A stretch of DNA of 64,000 bases from Promethearchaeota archaeon (GCA_019058365.1 JAHPZE010000006.1:64001-128000); one strand, 5' to 3'; numbered from the stretch's first letter, positions 40,675 through 51,158 are shown. The notes: generated from the sequence alone by a model not told the origin. Numbers and translations are program-made.

Positions 40675-41406
40675 TTATTTATAATATTCCCTTATTAGAT
40701 TAAGAACTTTATCTGGATAATCAGTATAAATTGCTTCCACTATTTTGTCCTTATATCTCATATGAATAACTCTTTTCATGTTTACTTTCGTGTTGACTCC
40801 CCAAATATAACATTTAAATCCATTATCTATGATATCAGTAAATAAATCATCAACCATCTTTTTACATCTTACATTTACTACATTTATATCGAGTTTTCTT
40901 AATTTTTCAATGATTCTTGGTTTATTTGATATTTTACTTATATTTTCTGGTAATGTATGTACTAGATTTGATATCCCATTTTGTTTCCTTAATTGCGAAA
41001 GTATCATTAATCTCCGATCTGTAATTTCTATTTTATCTAAGATTGAAGCTTCTTTTGCTAGATGTATCAACCTTACCCCAGCTTCTTTATCAGCAATGTC
41101 AAAACTATAGCGGAGCTCATTCGAGAAATCTTTAAAAGTCTTAAAAAGATCTTTAACTAAGGGGATTCTATTATCCTCTTCAAATATTAAATGATTAATC
41201 TCTTTAAATGTTAAATTATTTACCCGATATAATACTTTTCCTTTTCTGAAATATGGATCATGCAAACATATTAATTTATTATCTTTTGTAATTTGAATGT
41301 CTGTTTCAATTCCCGCGCCCATTCTTACAGCTTTTTTGAAAGAGGGAATTGTATTTTCAATTTCATATCCCGACGCGCCCCTATGCCCAAAAATGTATGG
41401 AATCAT
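40675..41406 (-). CDS. Glycerophosphodiester phosphodiesterase
   Basis: GHRGA..ENT, IETD, HD, IYTDYP. Confidence 0.88.
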   Translation of the reverse strand: MIPYIFGHRGASGYEIENTIPSFKKAVRMGAGIETDIQITKDNKLICLHDPYFRKGKVLYRVNNLTFKEINHLIFEEDNRIPLVKDLFKTFKDFSNELRYSFDIADKEAGVRLIHLAKEASILDKIEITDRRLMILSQLRKQNGISNLVHTLPENISKISNKPRIIEKLRKLDINVVNVRCKKMVDDLFTDIIDNGFKCYIWGVNTKVNMKRVIHMRYKDKIVEAIYTDYPDKVLNLIREYYK

Positions 41407-41499
41407 CTATTTATCAATAAGAAAATAATAAGAAAGTTGAAAAAGATAATTTTTATTGAAATTTAAATTACTTATATTACCTTATATTTACTCAAGATA

Positions 41500-42357
41500 T
41501 TGATTAGAATGGGAGAAAATAACGAAGTAAATTCTAAAGAGGAAAAACAATCTTCCTCTATGAAATTAAAGAACTATCTTAAAAATTTAGTAGATTTTTC
41601 GAATTATGACGCTAAGACAATAATCTATATTATTATATTCATAGTTTTAATTGCTGCATCTTTAGTCTTATTATATTTTATATTTTTTGTAGATAACACA
41701 ATATTATACAAATTTGTTGTAATATATTTTGTAAATCCGGTTTATAACTTAGGAATTATTGGCATCTTTCTTTTTATAGCCATTATGGGGATTCAAGGAC
41801 TTCTTGTCCCTCTTCCTTCTGAAGTTGTACTTTTAGCTACTGGTATGATATGGGGGTGGTTTTGGGGAGGTTTAATGGGAGTCATTGGTTCAATGGCTGC
41901 GGGAATATTATGTTATTATGTAAGTAAACGTGGTGGAAGACCTTTGGCTGAAAAGTTTGTTGGTGAAAAAGCTATTGATATTGCTGATGATTTCATCCAA
42001 AAACATGGTATTAAAGCAATTATTATTACAAGGTTTATTCCATTTATTCCGTTTGATGTGATATCCTACACTTCGGGATTAGTAGATATAGATATAAAAA
42101 CATATTCAATAGGAACCTTGATAGGATCAATCTTTAGAGCTTTCTTTTATGCAACATTAGGGTGGCTACTCTTCATGAGATTTAATCTTACTCTTCCCTT
42201 AGATTTTGATACTTTGCCTTTAAACGTAATTATTGAGCAATCAAATTATTTCAATACTATACTATTAATAATTTTAGCAGCTCTAGCTGGAATGATAATC
42301 TTATATTACATACTAATTAAAAAATTAGAGAAAAAGAGAACTCTAAAAAATGAATAA
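41500..42357 (+). CDS. DedA/TVP38/TMEM64 family membrane protein
   Basis: PLPSEVV, GSMAAG, RFIPFIPFDVISY. Confidence 0.88.
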   Translation: MIRMGENNEVNSKEEKQSSSMKLKNYLKNLVDFSNYDAKTIIYIIIFIVLIAASLVLLYFIFFVDNTILYKFVVIYFVNPVYNLGIIGIFLFIAIMGIQGLLVPLPSEVVLLATGMIWGWFWGGLMGVIGSMAAGILCYYVSKRGGRPLAEKFVGEKAIDIADDFIQKHGIKAIIITRFIPFIPFDVISYTSGLVDIDIKTYSIGTLIGSIFRAFFYATLGWLLFMRFNLTLPLDFDTLPLNVIIEQSNYFNTILLIILAALAGMIILYYILIKKLEKKRTLKNE

Positions 42358-42439
42358 GGATGTAAATTGTTATTACAATCAATTTATAATATTGTGATAT
42401 TATTTCTTTTTTTATATTTTCCTTAAAATATTTTAGCCT

Positions 42440-42613
42440 ATGGATAAGAAGGAAAAACCATCTCAAGAAATAGGATTTAAAGACCATTACGAATTGAATT
42501 TAACAGAGTTTTACCGGGCTCTCAATGAAGCAATTACTACTAATAATACGCAATCTATTTATGAGCTTTCAAAGATTTTCACCAGATATCTATTTAAAAA
42601 ATTAAATAATTAA
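42440..42613 (+). CDS. 57-aa hypothetical protein (not in ORF track)
   Basis: MDKKEKPSQEIGFKDHYELNLTEFYRALNEAITTNNTQSIYELSKIFTRYLFKKLNN*, followed by a T-run. Confidence 0.55.
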   Translation: MDKKEKPSQEIGFKDHYELNLTEFYRALNEAITTNNTQSIYELSKIFTRYLFKKLNN

Positions 42614-42806
42614 CTTTTTTTTTGAAAGGGTTAAACTTTATTACGGTTCACATTTTTTGAGAGATTAAAGAGTAGAATCTCCACAAAGTTTGATTTTTTT
42701 GTAATTTGTACTAATAGTATATAAAACTTTCGAATTGATTAGGTTTATAAATTTGAAGACTATTCTTAACTTAAGTATTAAATACTAAGTAATGTGAGGA
42801 AATATA

Positions 42807-43064
42807 ATGACAGTTAGCGGAGAACAGACAAATTATGAGGAAATTTTAGTTTCGTCTCTAAGAGCTGATTTAGAATGGCTAGAACGAGAATTTGAGCTTC
42901 AATTTAAATTCAAAAAAGAAAAAACTAATGAGGATATATCTCTTGGTAATCAAATTCTCGATAATGTAATTGATAGCATAAAAACAAATAATTGCGAAGA
43001 ATTGCATAATTTATTAGCAACAACACTAAATAGGATTGAACAGACCTATCCTGAATTTTTTTAA
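42807..43064 (+). CDS. Small helical hypothetical protein
   Basis: GAGG SD, 85-aa ORF. Confidence 0.65.
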   Translation: MTVSGEQTNYEEILVSSLRADLEWLEREFELQFKFKKEKTNEDISLGNQILDNVIDSIKTNNCEELHNLLATTLNRIEQTYPEFF

Positions 43065-43330
43065 TTATTTTGAATTCTCCGAAATCTTCTATTTCTGTAT
43101 TTAAGCTATCGACGATATTTTTAATTTCTACTTTATTCATATAATTATTAGTATATGAAATCAAAAATATTTAAGATATTAATAGAATTTAGATTCTTAT
43201 TTGAAAAAGATAAAATATTATAATACAGAAACTTCATTATTAAAAAAAGGAATAAGCTAATGTAAATTTAAAAATAATTTAATTACTAGAAAAACAAATC
43301 AACAACATATTAATAATAAATATTTTAATT

Positions 43331-44416
43331 ATGGAAAGAATTATATTAACTCACTGGAATACCTCAACAGGACCAGAGCCCATTATCCAATATCCTCCAG
43401 ATAAATCTTTTCCTCCCAAAGATTTTTTTCTAAAAATTTGGGCGAAACATGAATTAAATAAAGAAAATTCTATAATTGAATTTGTTCCTGAGGATAGTGA
43501 GACTTGTTATCTTTCAATAGTACAAAAATTTGAGGGAGAAATCTATTTTCTTATATTAGTTTATAATCAAAAAATGATGATTGAAGATATAATAAAAGAA
43601 TCTCCAGAAATATTAGGCCTTATTAGTAAAAATTTAATAGAATTGATAAATACGAATAAAATTACTCGTACAATTTCTGAAGCATTTAACACGATTAGAA
43701 ATTATTCTAAATTAGATGAAGAAGAAAATCTTATAAACTTCTTTCAAGATCGAATTAAGTCTACTATTTTACAAATTCTTAGGAAGGGAGTAATCTCTAA
43801 ATCGGTATTAACTAATATATTAAAACATGATTATGGTTTCTCTACAGTAAATATTGATTTAATATTAATTTCTTTCCTCCATGAAAATTTAGTAGTTAAA
43901 AAGAATGTACCAGGAAGTAAAGAATGCTATTTTCTAATTAAGGACCTTTCTTGTACTAGGATTCCTCCAAAAAAATTACCAACGGATCAGATTGAAGAAA
44001 GTTCTTTAAAAAAATATGGAGAGTCTTTAAAAAATTATTATTTTGATTATTATAATGTCTCAGAATTTGAAAATAAGACTATAATTCAGACAGTTCTTTT
44101 TAATAAAGACGTATTTCATCTTATAAAAATGCTAAGAGAAAAAATCTTATCTGTAAATGATTGTTTAACTATTTTAAACAATAAAGAAGAATTATTTACT
44201 GAGTTATTAGATAAAAAATTTATTTATGAAGTAAAAGGGTTCGTGTACCTCTTTTCAGATGTTCGATTTATTAAATTTAACCCATATTACATCATCGAAA
44301 AGTTAGTGGAAAGATATCAAAATCAAGATATTTCTTTAAATGAATATATAGCACATTTAAAGTTATTATCAATGCAGATAGAGGAACCATTTTCCATTAA
44401 TTATGAAATAGTGTAA
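43331..44416 (+). CDS. Protein with N-terminal longin/uDENN-like domain
   Basis: IILTHWNTSTGPEPIIQYP matches the beta-hairpin-GP start of longin/uDENN folds. Confidence 0.55.
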   Translation: MERIILTHWNTSTGPEPIIQYPPDKSFPPKDFFLKIWAKHELNKENSIIEFVPEDSETCYLSIVQKFEGEIYFLILVYNQKMMIEDIIKESPEILGLISKNLIELINTNKITRTISEAFNTIRNYSKLDEEENLINFFQDRIKSTILQILRKGVISKSVLTNILKHDYGFSTVNIDLILISFLHENLVVKKNVPGSKECYFLIKDLSCTRIPPKKLPTDQIEESSLKKYGESLKNYYFDYYNVSEFENKTIIQTVLFNKDVFHLIKMLREKILSVNDCLTILNNKEELFTELLDKKFIYEVKGFVYLFSDVRFIKFNPYYIIEKLVERYQNQDISLNEYIAHLKLLSMQIEEPFSINYEIV

Positions 44417-44535
44417 TTGATCCTATTTTACGTTCTCTTCTTCATTTCAATTCTAAGAAAATAAAAATATAAATACTACATCAACTAAATTTATACAATT
44501 TACTAAAATTAAAATTTATAAAATGGTGTGTATAT

Positions 44536-45294
44536 ATGGCACTTGAATTAGTAGATTTCTTACAAGGAAGCTTTAGTCTTGTATTTGTTATCATATCTAT
44601 TATAATAGGGATTACAATCCTCTCGAAATATTCTCAATTTAAAAATCGATTGTATATTTTAGTGGGAATTAGCTGGATCGGCGTTAGTGTTCCCTGGGTC
44701 CCAGATTCAGTCAGTTTCTTAATGAATGTTTTTGTTCAGCAATCGCTTCCGGTTGAATGGTATTTTATTATCGGTAATGTTTTTTTACCTATAGCTCTTT
44801 TAACTTGGTTGACAGCCTTTACTGATATGATTTACAGAAAAGCCCAGAAAAAAGTATTGATAATAACTATTATTCTTTCAATAATATTTGAAATAATATT
44901 TTTTGTATTGTTCTTTATTAATATAGATTTGATCGGAGTCATTAATCCTAATAGACCTTTTACCGTAGAATTTGATCTTTTTATAACTATATACTTATTG
45001 CTTATTATCTTAGTTATGCTAATCACAGGAGTCATATTTGCTCAAAAATCAGTTAAATTAGAAAATCGAGAAGTACGATTGAAAGGCAAATTACTCCGTG
45101 CAGCATTTATTACATTTACTGTTGCTGCCATTTTAGATTCTTTACTTGGTACTATTTTTGAAGATCCAACCGACCCTCTCTTAGCGATTATGGTTGTGAT
45201 CGTAAGAATCTTGTTAATAATCAGCGCTTTGGAATTCTATGGAGGTTTTTTACTTCCCAAATGGATGAAAGAGCTATTTATGAAAAAAGAATAA
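44536..45294 (+). CDS. Seven-TM hypothetical membrane protein
   Basis: GGTG SD; seven hydrophobic segments; ends FYGGFLLPKW. Confidence 0.7.
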   Translation: MALELVDFLQGSFSLVFVIISIIIGITILSKYSQFKNRLYILVGISWIGVSVPWVPDSVSFLMNVFVQQSLPVEWYFIIGNVFLPIALLTWLTAFTDMIYRKAQKKVLIITIILSIIFEIIFFVLFFINIDLIGVINPNRPFTVEFDLFITIYLLLIILVMLITGVIFAQKSVKLENREVRLKGKLLRAAFITFTVAAILDSLLGTIFEDPTDPLLAIMVVIVRILLIISALEFYGGFLLPKWMKELFMKKE

Positions 45295-45344
45295 TATTTT
45301 TTTTTCTATTTTTATATTATTTTATATTATATAGAAAAAACCAG

Positions 45345-46058
45345 TTAGGTAGTTAAGATCGAAGTATCTGAAAATTCTTTATCAACTGGGGCTTTCCCAT
45401 CTCCATATATGTGATATAATCCAGATCTTCTAGCTATCTCATAAAAACTACGATAAATATCTTTTTCTTGATCAAATAACGCGCAAGTTTTATATATTAA
45501 GGGATTCCAAATATAAAATTTATTCTTTGGACCATACCAAAGTTTCTCATTTTTTAAAATCTGGATAAAATCTTCATCACTAATTACAGCTTTAAGATCT
45601 TGTTTATTCAGCATAACTATAAACGGAATTTCTTTAATAAGCCGATTATTTGTAATACTTTTTAATTCTAATAAAAATTCAATATTATCCTCAAAAAATT
45701 TTATTTGAGAATCAACTACAAAAATGACAGCATCAGTTTCAGCATCAAGTTTATTAAATACTTTAATTCTTAATGAACTGAAACCCTTTTGACCGGCAAC
45801 TGTATATACTCTATAATATACCTTCCTCTTTTTTGTTGATTGAAAAATTCCTCGGTCAAAATAAAGTGTAGCTCCACTTGTTCTATCAATTTTTTGCAAA
45901 TCACTAACAGGAATGATTTCCCTATTTCCATCTTTAGTTAACTTATAAAGAGTTTCTAATATAGTAGTCTTTCCTGATCCTGCCATACCATAGTATACAA
46001 TTTTTAGATACGTATTTCCATTATTGTGTTGAACCATTGCAGGATCTCCGGAGAACAA
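45345..46058 (-). CDS. MglA-like small GTPase
   Basis: KIVYYGMAGSGKTT, TLYFD, YTVAGQ, FVVDSQ, NKQD. Confidence 0.85.
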   Translation of the reverse strand: MFSGDPAMVQHNNGNTYLKIVYYGMAGSGKTTILETLYKLTKDGNREIIPVSDLQKIDRTSGATLYFDRGIFQSTKKRKVYYRVYTVAGQKGFSSLRIKVFNKLDAETDAVIFVVDSQIKFFEDNIEFLLELKSITNNRLIKEIPFIVMLNKQDLKAVISDEDFIQILKNEKLWYGPKNKFYIWNPLIYKTCALFDQEKDIYRSFYEIARRSGLYHIYGDGKAPVDKEFSDTSILTT

Positions 46059-46238
46059 ATAAACTTACTTTCACTTTAAATAAATAAATGTGATTATTAT
46101 TAAATAAAATAATTTTCAGAATTAAAGATATTGCATCGTAAAATTATTTTTAAGAATACAATAATTTTTTTACAATGAATAATGATTCCCTTATAGAATA
46201 AGAAGTTCAGTAATAAAACTCTAAAAAAACAAGAAATT

Positions 46239-46763
46239 ATGGATGGATATACTGATTCAGACTGGAACTGGGATTTTTATAACGAACTTGTAGATGATGT
46301 AGAGGAAAACAAAAATATTATTCAGTGTATTTCTTGTGGTAAATGTGTAGGTGATTGTCCAGCTGCAAAAGTGTCTAACTTCAATATTAGGAAAATAATT
46401 AGTAAGGTCCTTCGAGGAGATAAAAGTGTTTTAAAGGATTCTGATATTTGGTATTGTTATTTATGTGAAAGATGTAAAAGAGTTTGTCCAAAAGATAACA
46501 TTAATATCCCCCTACTTATTATTAATTTAAGAAATGAAAGCTTTAAGAAAGGGTATGGTCCTCGTTATAATGATTTACGTAAATACGTGGAGATGTCTGA
46601 AAGATTTTTGACTAACGGTACCGTTTTGGAAGATCCTTTAGGTGGTGGTTTACCACCGGAACGCATGGAAGAATTAAATGAAATTTGTAATTTTGCTCGA
46701 ATAAATTATGTATTTAAAGCAAGAAAACATAAAAATAAACAAAAAGGCAAGAAAAAATCATAA
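46239..46763 (+). CDS. hdrC: Heterodisulfide reductase subunit C-like
   Basis: CISCGKCVGDCP and IWYCYLCERCKRVCP. Confidence 0.82.
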   Translation: MDGYTDSDWNWDFYNELVDDVEENKNIIQCISCGKCVGDCPAAKVSNFNIRKIISKVLRGDKSVLKDSDIWYCYLCERCKRVCPKDNINIPLLIINLRNESFKKGYGPRYNDLRKYVEMSERFLTNGTVLEDPLGGGLPPERMEELNEICNFARINYVFKARKHKNKQKGKKKS

Positions 46764-46778
46764 TCGAGATTCAAAAAA

Positions 46779-47792
46779 ATGGAAGTTGTTGATTTAGCAC
46801 TAAATTTAGATGAAATTGAAAGAGATTATCCTGAAAATCCTTTAGACTATTTTAAAGATAAAAAATTATGCCTTTTTAAAGCTTGCTTGGAAAAATATTT
46901 TCCAGGTGTAAGATGGGGTTTTCAGGACCTTCTGGAAGAACTTCACTTAAATGTAGCTATGTGTGTGAATCAATCGTGCTGCTCTGGTACTTTTTTTCAA
47001 CGAAATTTAATAACAAGGGCGCAATTTGCGGCTATTAATGAGAGGAATCTAAATGAAATGAATCAGATAGCCGATATAGTGTTCTTTAGCTGTAATGGTT
47101 GTTACAATAGTCTGTTAAGAGGGCGAGAATTTTTAAAAATTCCTGATGTAAAAAAAAAAACTAATGAAATACTGAATGGATTAAAAAAAAAGAGAATAGG
47201 TGTTAATTATCCCAATAAATACGAAATTCTTGAAAATCTTGATCTCAAATTAGTACATGATTTAGATTTCTTATATTTAATTCGAAACGATGTTCTTAAC
47301 TCTTTAAAGTTTGATTTGAAAAATCTTAAAGTTGCTATTCATTATGGATGCCATTACTTGAATTTATCAAGAGATAAAAGAAATATTGAAGAATATATAA
47401 AAGACAAAACTAAATTAGATGAATTAATTAATCTCTTTGGGGGTATTCCAATTGATTATCAAGAAAGAGAGAGTTGTTGTGGATGGGGGGCTTCCCAGCT
47501 CATAATAAACCCTCGTGAAGCGCTAAAGATAACCGCTAATAAACTAAAAAGCGCTCAAGATGTAGGAGCGGATTTTATGATAACACCCTGCCCAACTTGT
47601 TTATATACTCTAAGTAAACCCGAATACCGAGAGAAAATGCATAAGTGGTTTGGTGAGAAGTTAGACATTCCCACAATACATTTAAATGAACTAATAGCTA
47701 TATTGCGAGGATGTGAAGAAGAACGCTGTATCACCCTTAGACGAAAGACTCCTCGTTTAGATGAGATTTTTGAAATAATTACAAAAGAATAA
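46779..47792 (+). CDS. hdrB: Heterodisulfide reductase subunit B-like (CCG domains)
   Basis: SCCSG, CNGC, HYGCH, CCGWG, PCPTC. Confidence 0.85.
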   Translation: MEVVDLALNLDEIERDYPENPLDYFKDKKLCLFKACLEKYFPGVRWGFQDLLEELHLNVAMCVNQSCCSGTFFQRNLITRAQFAAINERNLNEMNQIADIVFFSCNGCYNSLLRGREFLKIPDVKKKTNEILNGLKKKRIGVNYPNKYEILENLDLKLVHDLDFLYLIRNDVLNSLKFDLKNLKVAIHYGCHYLNLSRDKRNIEEYIKDKTKLDELINLFGGIPIDYQERESCCGWGASQLIINPREALKITANKLKSAQDVGADFMITPCPTCLYTLSKPEYREKMHKWFGEKLDIPTIHLNELIAILRGCEEERCITLRRKTPRLDEIFEIITKE

Positions 47793-47829
47793 AACAATTA
47801 TTAATATTTCTATGAATACTAAATTAGCA

Positions 47830-49209
47830 TCACAATTCTTTAATTGCTAATCGTGGACAAGAATCCAAACATAGTAAGCATCCAATACATTTTTCATAGT
47901 AAAATGCTAACCTATCATCTTTATCTAAGTATAGAGCATTAGTAGGACATAACGAAACACATGCTCCACAATTAATACATTTATCCTCATCTATTATAAA
48001 TCGCTGATTCTTAGCGACTGTTTTTAAATCGCTATTATCTAGGTAAGTTAAAGTGTTTTGTTTGAAATCTTTTAAAAATTTTAATTTTGAGGTTTGTTTC
48101 ATTGGTTTAACGACTGTTTTAGTAGGTAAAGTTTCAGCAGGAGGATTCAAGAAAAATTTTCCATCTTCTATCCATTTTTTAAGCGTTTCAGCTATTTTAC
48201 GCGCATAAAATAAAGATGACAATGAGGAGCATTTTATTTTTTTGCCATCTAACTCGATATGTCCACTTTTCAATTCCATATAACTCACTTGCTTCAGTTC
48301 TGGTTTATCTCTCTTGGGTTTTCCATAATCTAAAACCTCTGTTAGTAAAATCTCATCATTTACAGCAGTTTTTCTAGCTAAACCCTCATTTAGTATTGGT
48401 ATTGGTATTCCTACTCCTACAGATAAAGATGTACCATACTTTTCATAAGCTACTCCTCGTAAATATTCTGGACTCATTTGTTTCATATCTCCTTTAACAA
48501 ATAAAGCTCCAAATCTGTTTGTGGGATTATGTTGGGTACCCTCTCCCATAATGTATCCAATTCCCCCACCTAAAAAGATCCTAGTTCCGATTCCGATGGT
48601 TTCATAATCAGGATCATTACTCAAAGGATTCAAGCATCCCGCTCCAGCATAATGAGCATTTCCAAAATGAGGTAATAATTTTCCCATATATGTATATAAT
48701 GTTTTATTTGAACTATTTACAGCACATACATATCTCTGATAAGCATTTCTAGGATTGCATAAAATTGCTTGATTGATGTCTTCGATTGTAAATTCTGTGT
48801 CCACTTCTGCTAAGGGGTAACAATCAGTAGTATAAGAATTACCTTTTAATCTTATTAATTTCCCTGAGACTAAATCTTCAATGACATGACCACCACCATA
48901 TTCAAAAGGCTTTTTATCTGACATCCTCGTGCTACCTATATAACAATCTACTGCAGCATTTCCATGATATGCCATAACATCATTCAAAAATAATTCATCG
49001 AACTTAACGGGAGGGTCACTATGGCCAAAATTGAGAAAAGCTCCACTTGAACACATAGGTCCAAAAGTACCTGTAGTTACTATATCAATCTCATCAGCAG
49101 CTACCTTAATACTTCTATCTTCTACAAATTTAATCATTTCTTCAGCTGTAACTACCACAACATCACCATTTTTTATTTTCTCATTTATTTCATTATAAGT
49201 TTTTAGCAC
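47830..49209 (-). CDS. DUF39 homocysteine-biosynthesis protein (MJ0100/MA1821 family) fused to a 2x[4Fe-4S] ferredoxin
   Basis: VVTAEE, TTGTFGPMCSSG, YGGGHVI, NPRNAYQ, IGIGTRIFLGG, GEGTQH; CINCGACVSLCP and CIGCLLCLDSCP. Confidence 0.85.
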   Translation of the reverse strand: MLKTYNEINEKIKNGDVVVVTAEEMIKFVEDRSIKVAADEIDIVTTGTFGPMCSSGAFLNFGHSDPPVKFDELFLNDVMAYHGNAAVDCYIGSTRMSDKKPFEYGGGHVIEDLVSGKLIRLKGNSYTTDCYPLAEVDTEFTIEDINQAILCNPRNAYQRYVCAVNSSNKTLYTYMGKLLPHFGNAHYAGAGCLNPLSNDPDYETIGIGTRIFLGGGIGYIMGEGTQHNPTNRFGALFVKGDMKQMSPEYLRGVAYEKYGTSLSVGVGIPIPILNEGLARKTAVNDEILLTEVLDYGKPKRDKPELKQVSYMELKSGHIELDGKKIKCSSLSSLFYARKIAETLKKWIEDGKFFLNPPAETLPTKTVVKPMKQTSKLKFLKDFKQNTLTYLDNSDLKTVAKNQRFIIDEDKCINCGACVSLCPTNALYLDKDDRLAFYYEKCIGCLLCLDSCPRLAIKEL

Positions 49210-49424
49210 AATATCACCAACATTTTACTCCTTTGTCATTATTAATTCTGTTAATAAAATAAAAATATGCATATTAATAAATTCTAACGACTAAAATATT
49301 CATTAAATGCATATAATATGCATCAGATTTATATCATAATTATAGAGCAGAGAAGAAAAGCCATTTAGGAATAATTTTTATACTTGTTATGTTTTCCACA
49401 ATTACATCCCCAATATTATAGGTT

Positions 49425-50321
49425 ATGACTAATACGAAAATTGATAATTTCCATTCTAGACGGAACATAATAGCTATATTTCTTTTGATTATAACTACAG
49501 TGCTCTGGGGAACATCTTTTATTATTACTAAAAATATAACAGAAAATATCCCTATATTCTTATATCTTGGTTTACGATTTTTAATAGCATTTTTAGGATT
49601 CATTCCTTTTTTTCCACATTTTAAGAATCTGAACAAAAAAATTATAATTATGGGCTTAATAACAGGCACATTGTACTTTTTTGGGATGGTATTTCAAACT
49701 TATGGACTCCAATCGACAACTGCGGGTAAAACAGGCTTTATTACAGGTTTAAGTACAGTCATAGTTCCTTTTATCGCATGGTTAGGATATAAAAAACCAT
49801 TAAATATAAGAATTTGGATTGCTGTAATGTTATCCCTCATAGGTATGGCATTTTTATTGTTGGAGGGTGAATCTGGGTTCATTATAGGTGATTTACTAGT
49901 ATTAGTTTGTGCTTTTATCTTTGCATTCTATATTGTTTTAAATGATAAGTATGTTCGCATAACGGACGTATATCTATACTCAATTATTCAAATTTGTGTT
50001 ATCACCCTATTCAGTTTTGTTTGTTCTTTACTTCTAGGAGAATCATATAACTCACTATCAAATCCACCAACTTTCTGGTTTGTTATGATTTATATGGGGA
50101 TTGCTGTTATGACAGTCACAGTTTTATTTCAAAATTGGAGTCAACAATATCAAGAACCAACTCAAACTGCAATAATATTTACCCTTGAACCTGTATTTGC
50201 TGTATTATTTGGGTTCCTTATAGGAAGTGAAATCCTAACACTATTTGGTTGGCTTGGATGTGGGTTAATCTTGATAGCAATTCTTACAACTGTTTTAAAG
50301 AATACTAATAATAAAGAATAA
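49425..50321 (+). CDS. EamA/DMT family transporter
   Basis: LWGTSF, RF, GFITGL, GDLL, LEPVFA. Confidence 0.9.
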   Translation: MTNTKIDNFHSRRNIIAIFLLIITTVLWGTSFIITKNITENIPIFLYLGLRFLIAFLGFIPFFPHFKNLNKKIIIMGLITGTLYFFGMVFQTYGLQSTTAGKTGFITGLSTVIVPFIAWLGYKKPLNIRIWIAVMLSLIGMAFLLLEGESGFIIGDLLVLVCAFIFAFYIVLNDKYVRITDVYLYSIIQICVITLFSFVCSLLLGESYNSLSNPPTFWFVMIYMGIAVMTVTVLFQNWSQQYQEPTQTAIIFTLEPVFAVLFGFLIGSEILTLFGWLGCGLILIAILTTVLKNTNNKE

Positions 50322-50575
50322 AATAAGAAAAAACTATTTTAATTAGATTAAACTGCCTGAAATTTCTTAAATTTTTCATTTTGGCGCTTTTAATATAGGT
50401 CTAAAGACTTAATACGTGATGAAATAAAAAAAGTTTTACTTTAAAACATATTTAAATAATTAGATAATTATTAATATCTAAATAAGGGTTGTTTTATCGG
50501 TAAATTGCTATTTTAAACAGTAAATTACTAAATTGAACCTTTTACTAGAATAATCAAATATATGTGAAATAATAC

Positions 50576-50734
50576 ATGTCCGCACATAAATTAAAACCTA
50601 AAGATTTAACCATATGCAATAAGTGCGGGAATGTAATGGTAAACAGAAGGATACGTACTAATAACTCAGGTAAAGTTACTTTTCAAAGGGTTCTGCAATG
50701 TATCGTATGCAGATATTGGATCTCATTAGATTAG
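50576..50734 (+). CDS. 52-aa basic zinc-ribbon protein (not in ORF track)
   Basis: MSAHKLKPKDLTICNKCGNVMVNRRIRTNNSGKVTFQRVLQCIVCRYWISLD*; two CxxC motifs, T-run after the stop. Confidence 0.75.
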   Translation: MSAHKLKPKDLTICNKCGNVMVNRRIRTNNSGKVTFQRVLQCIVCRYWISLD

Positions 50735-50829
50735 CTTTTTATATAATATTTCTAGAAATTTTTGAGTTGCTTTCATAACTCAAATCTTTTTTTTAAAAAT
50801 AATTCAAATCATCCTCATTTAGATGTTAA

Positions 50830-50985
50830 AAGAAAGGTAAGGGAAAAGAAATTTGCGTCAAATTTTAAAATCAGGGAGAGAATTAAACTCGTTAGAGTTT
50901 AATAGAGGGCGAATTTTGGTGATCTCCCGATCTGAGTAGACCTATCCAATGTTTACACAAATTTTCTTATAGATTCCCTTACTTA
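50830..50985 (-). ncRNA. Candidate ~150-nt structured non-coding RNA
   Basis: Four nested helices (50837-45/50974-82, 50846-58/50955-68, 50870-79/50923-31, 50882-90/50895-903); minus-strand TTTTTATA about 25 nt upstream and a U-rich 3' end. Confidence 0.6.
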
Positions 50986-51158
50986 GTTAATAAATATATT
51001 TTTTTAATATAAAAACCATCTTATTATATTTTATTATGTGTCAATATCAAGAACAAGTTTTAAATCATAAATTCTGACTTCAATCTTCTTTTTTTGCCGC
51101 TTTATTGGAAAATACTCAATCCCATTTAAGAAAATCCTATTTAAGAGCAAAATATATT

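Noticed and set aside
42769-42790. Short AGTATT-A-AATACT palindrome
   Set aside because: Too short and AT-rich to exceed chance in this base composition
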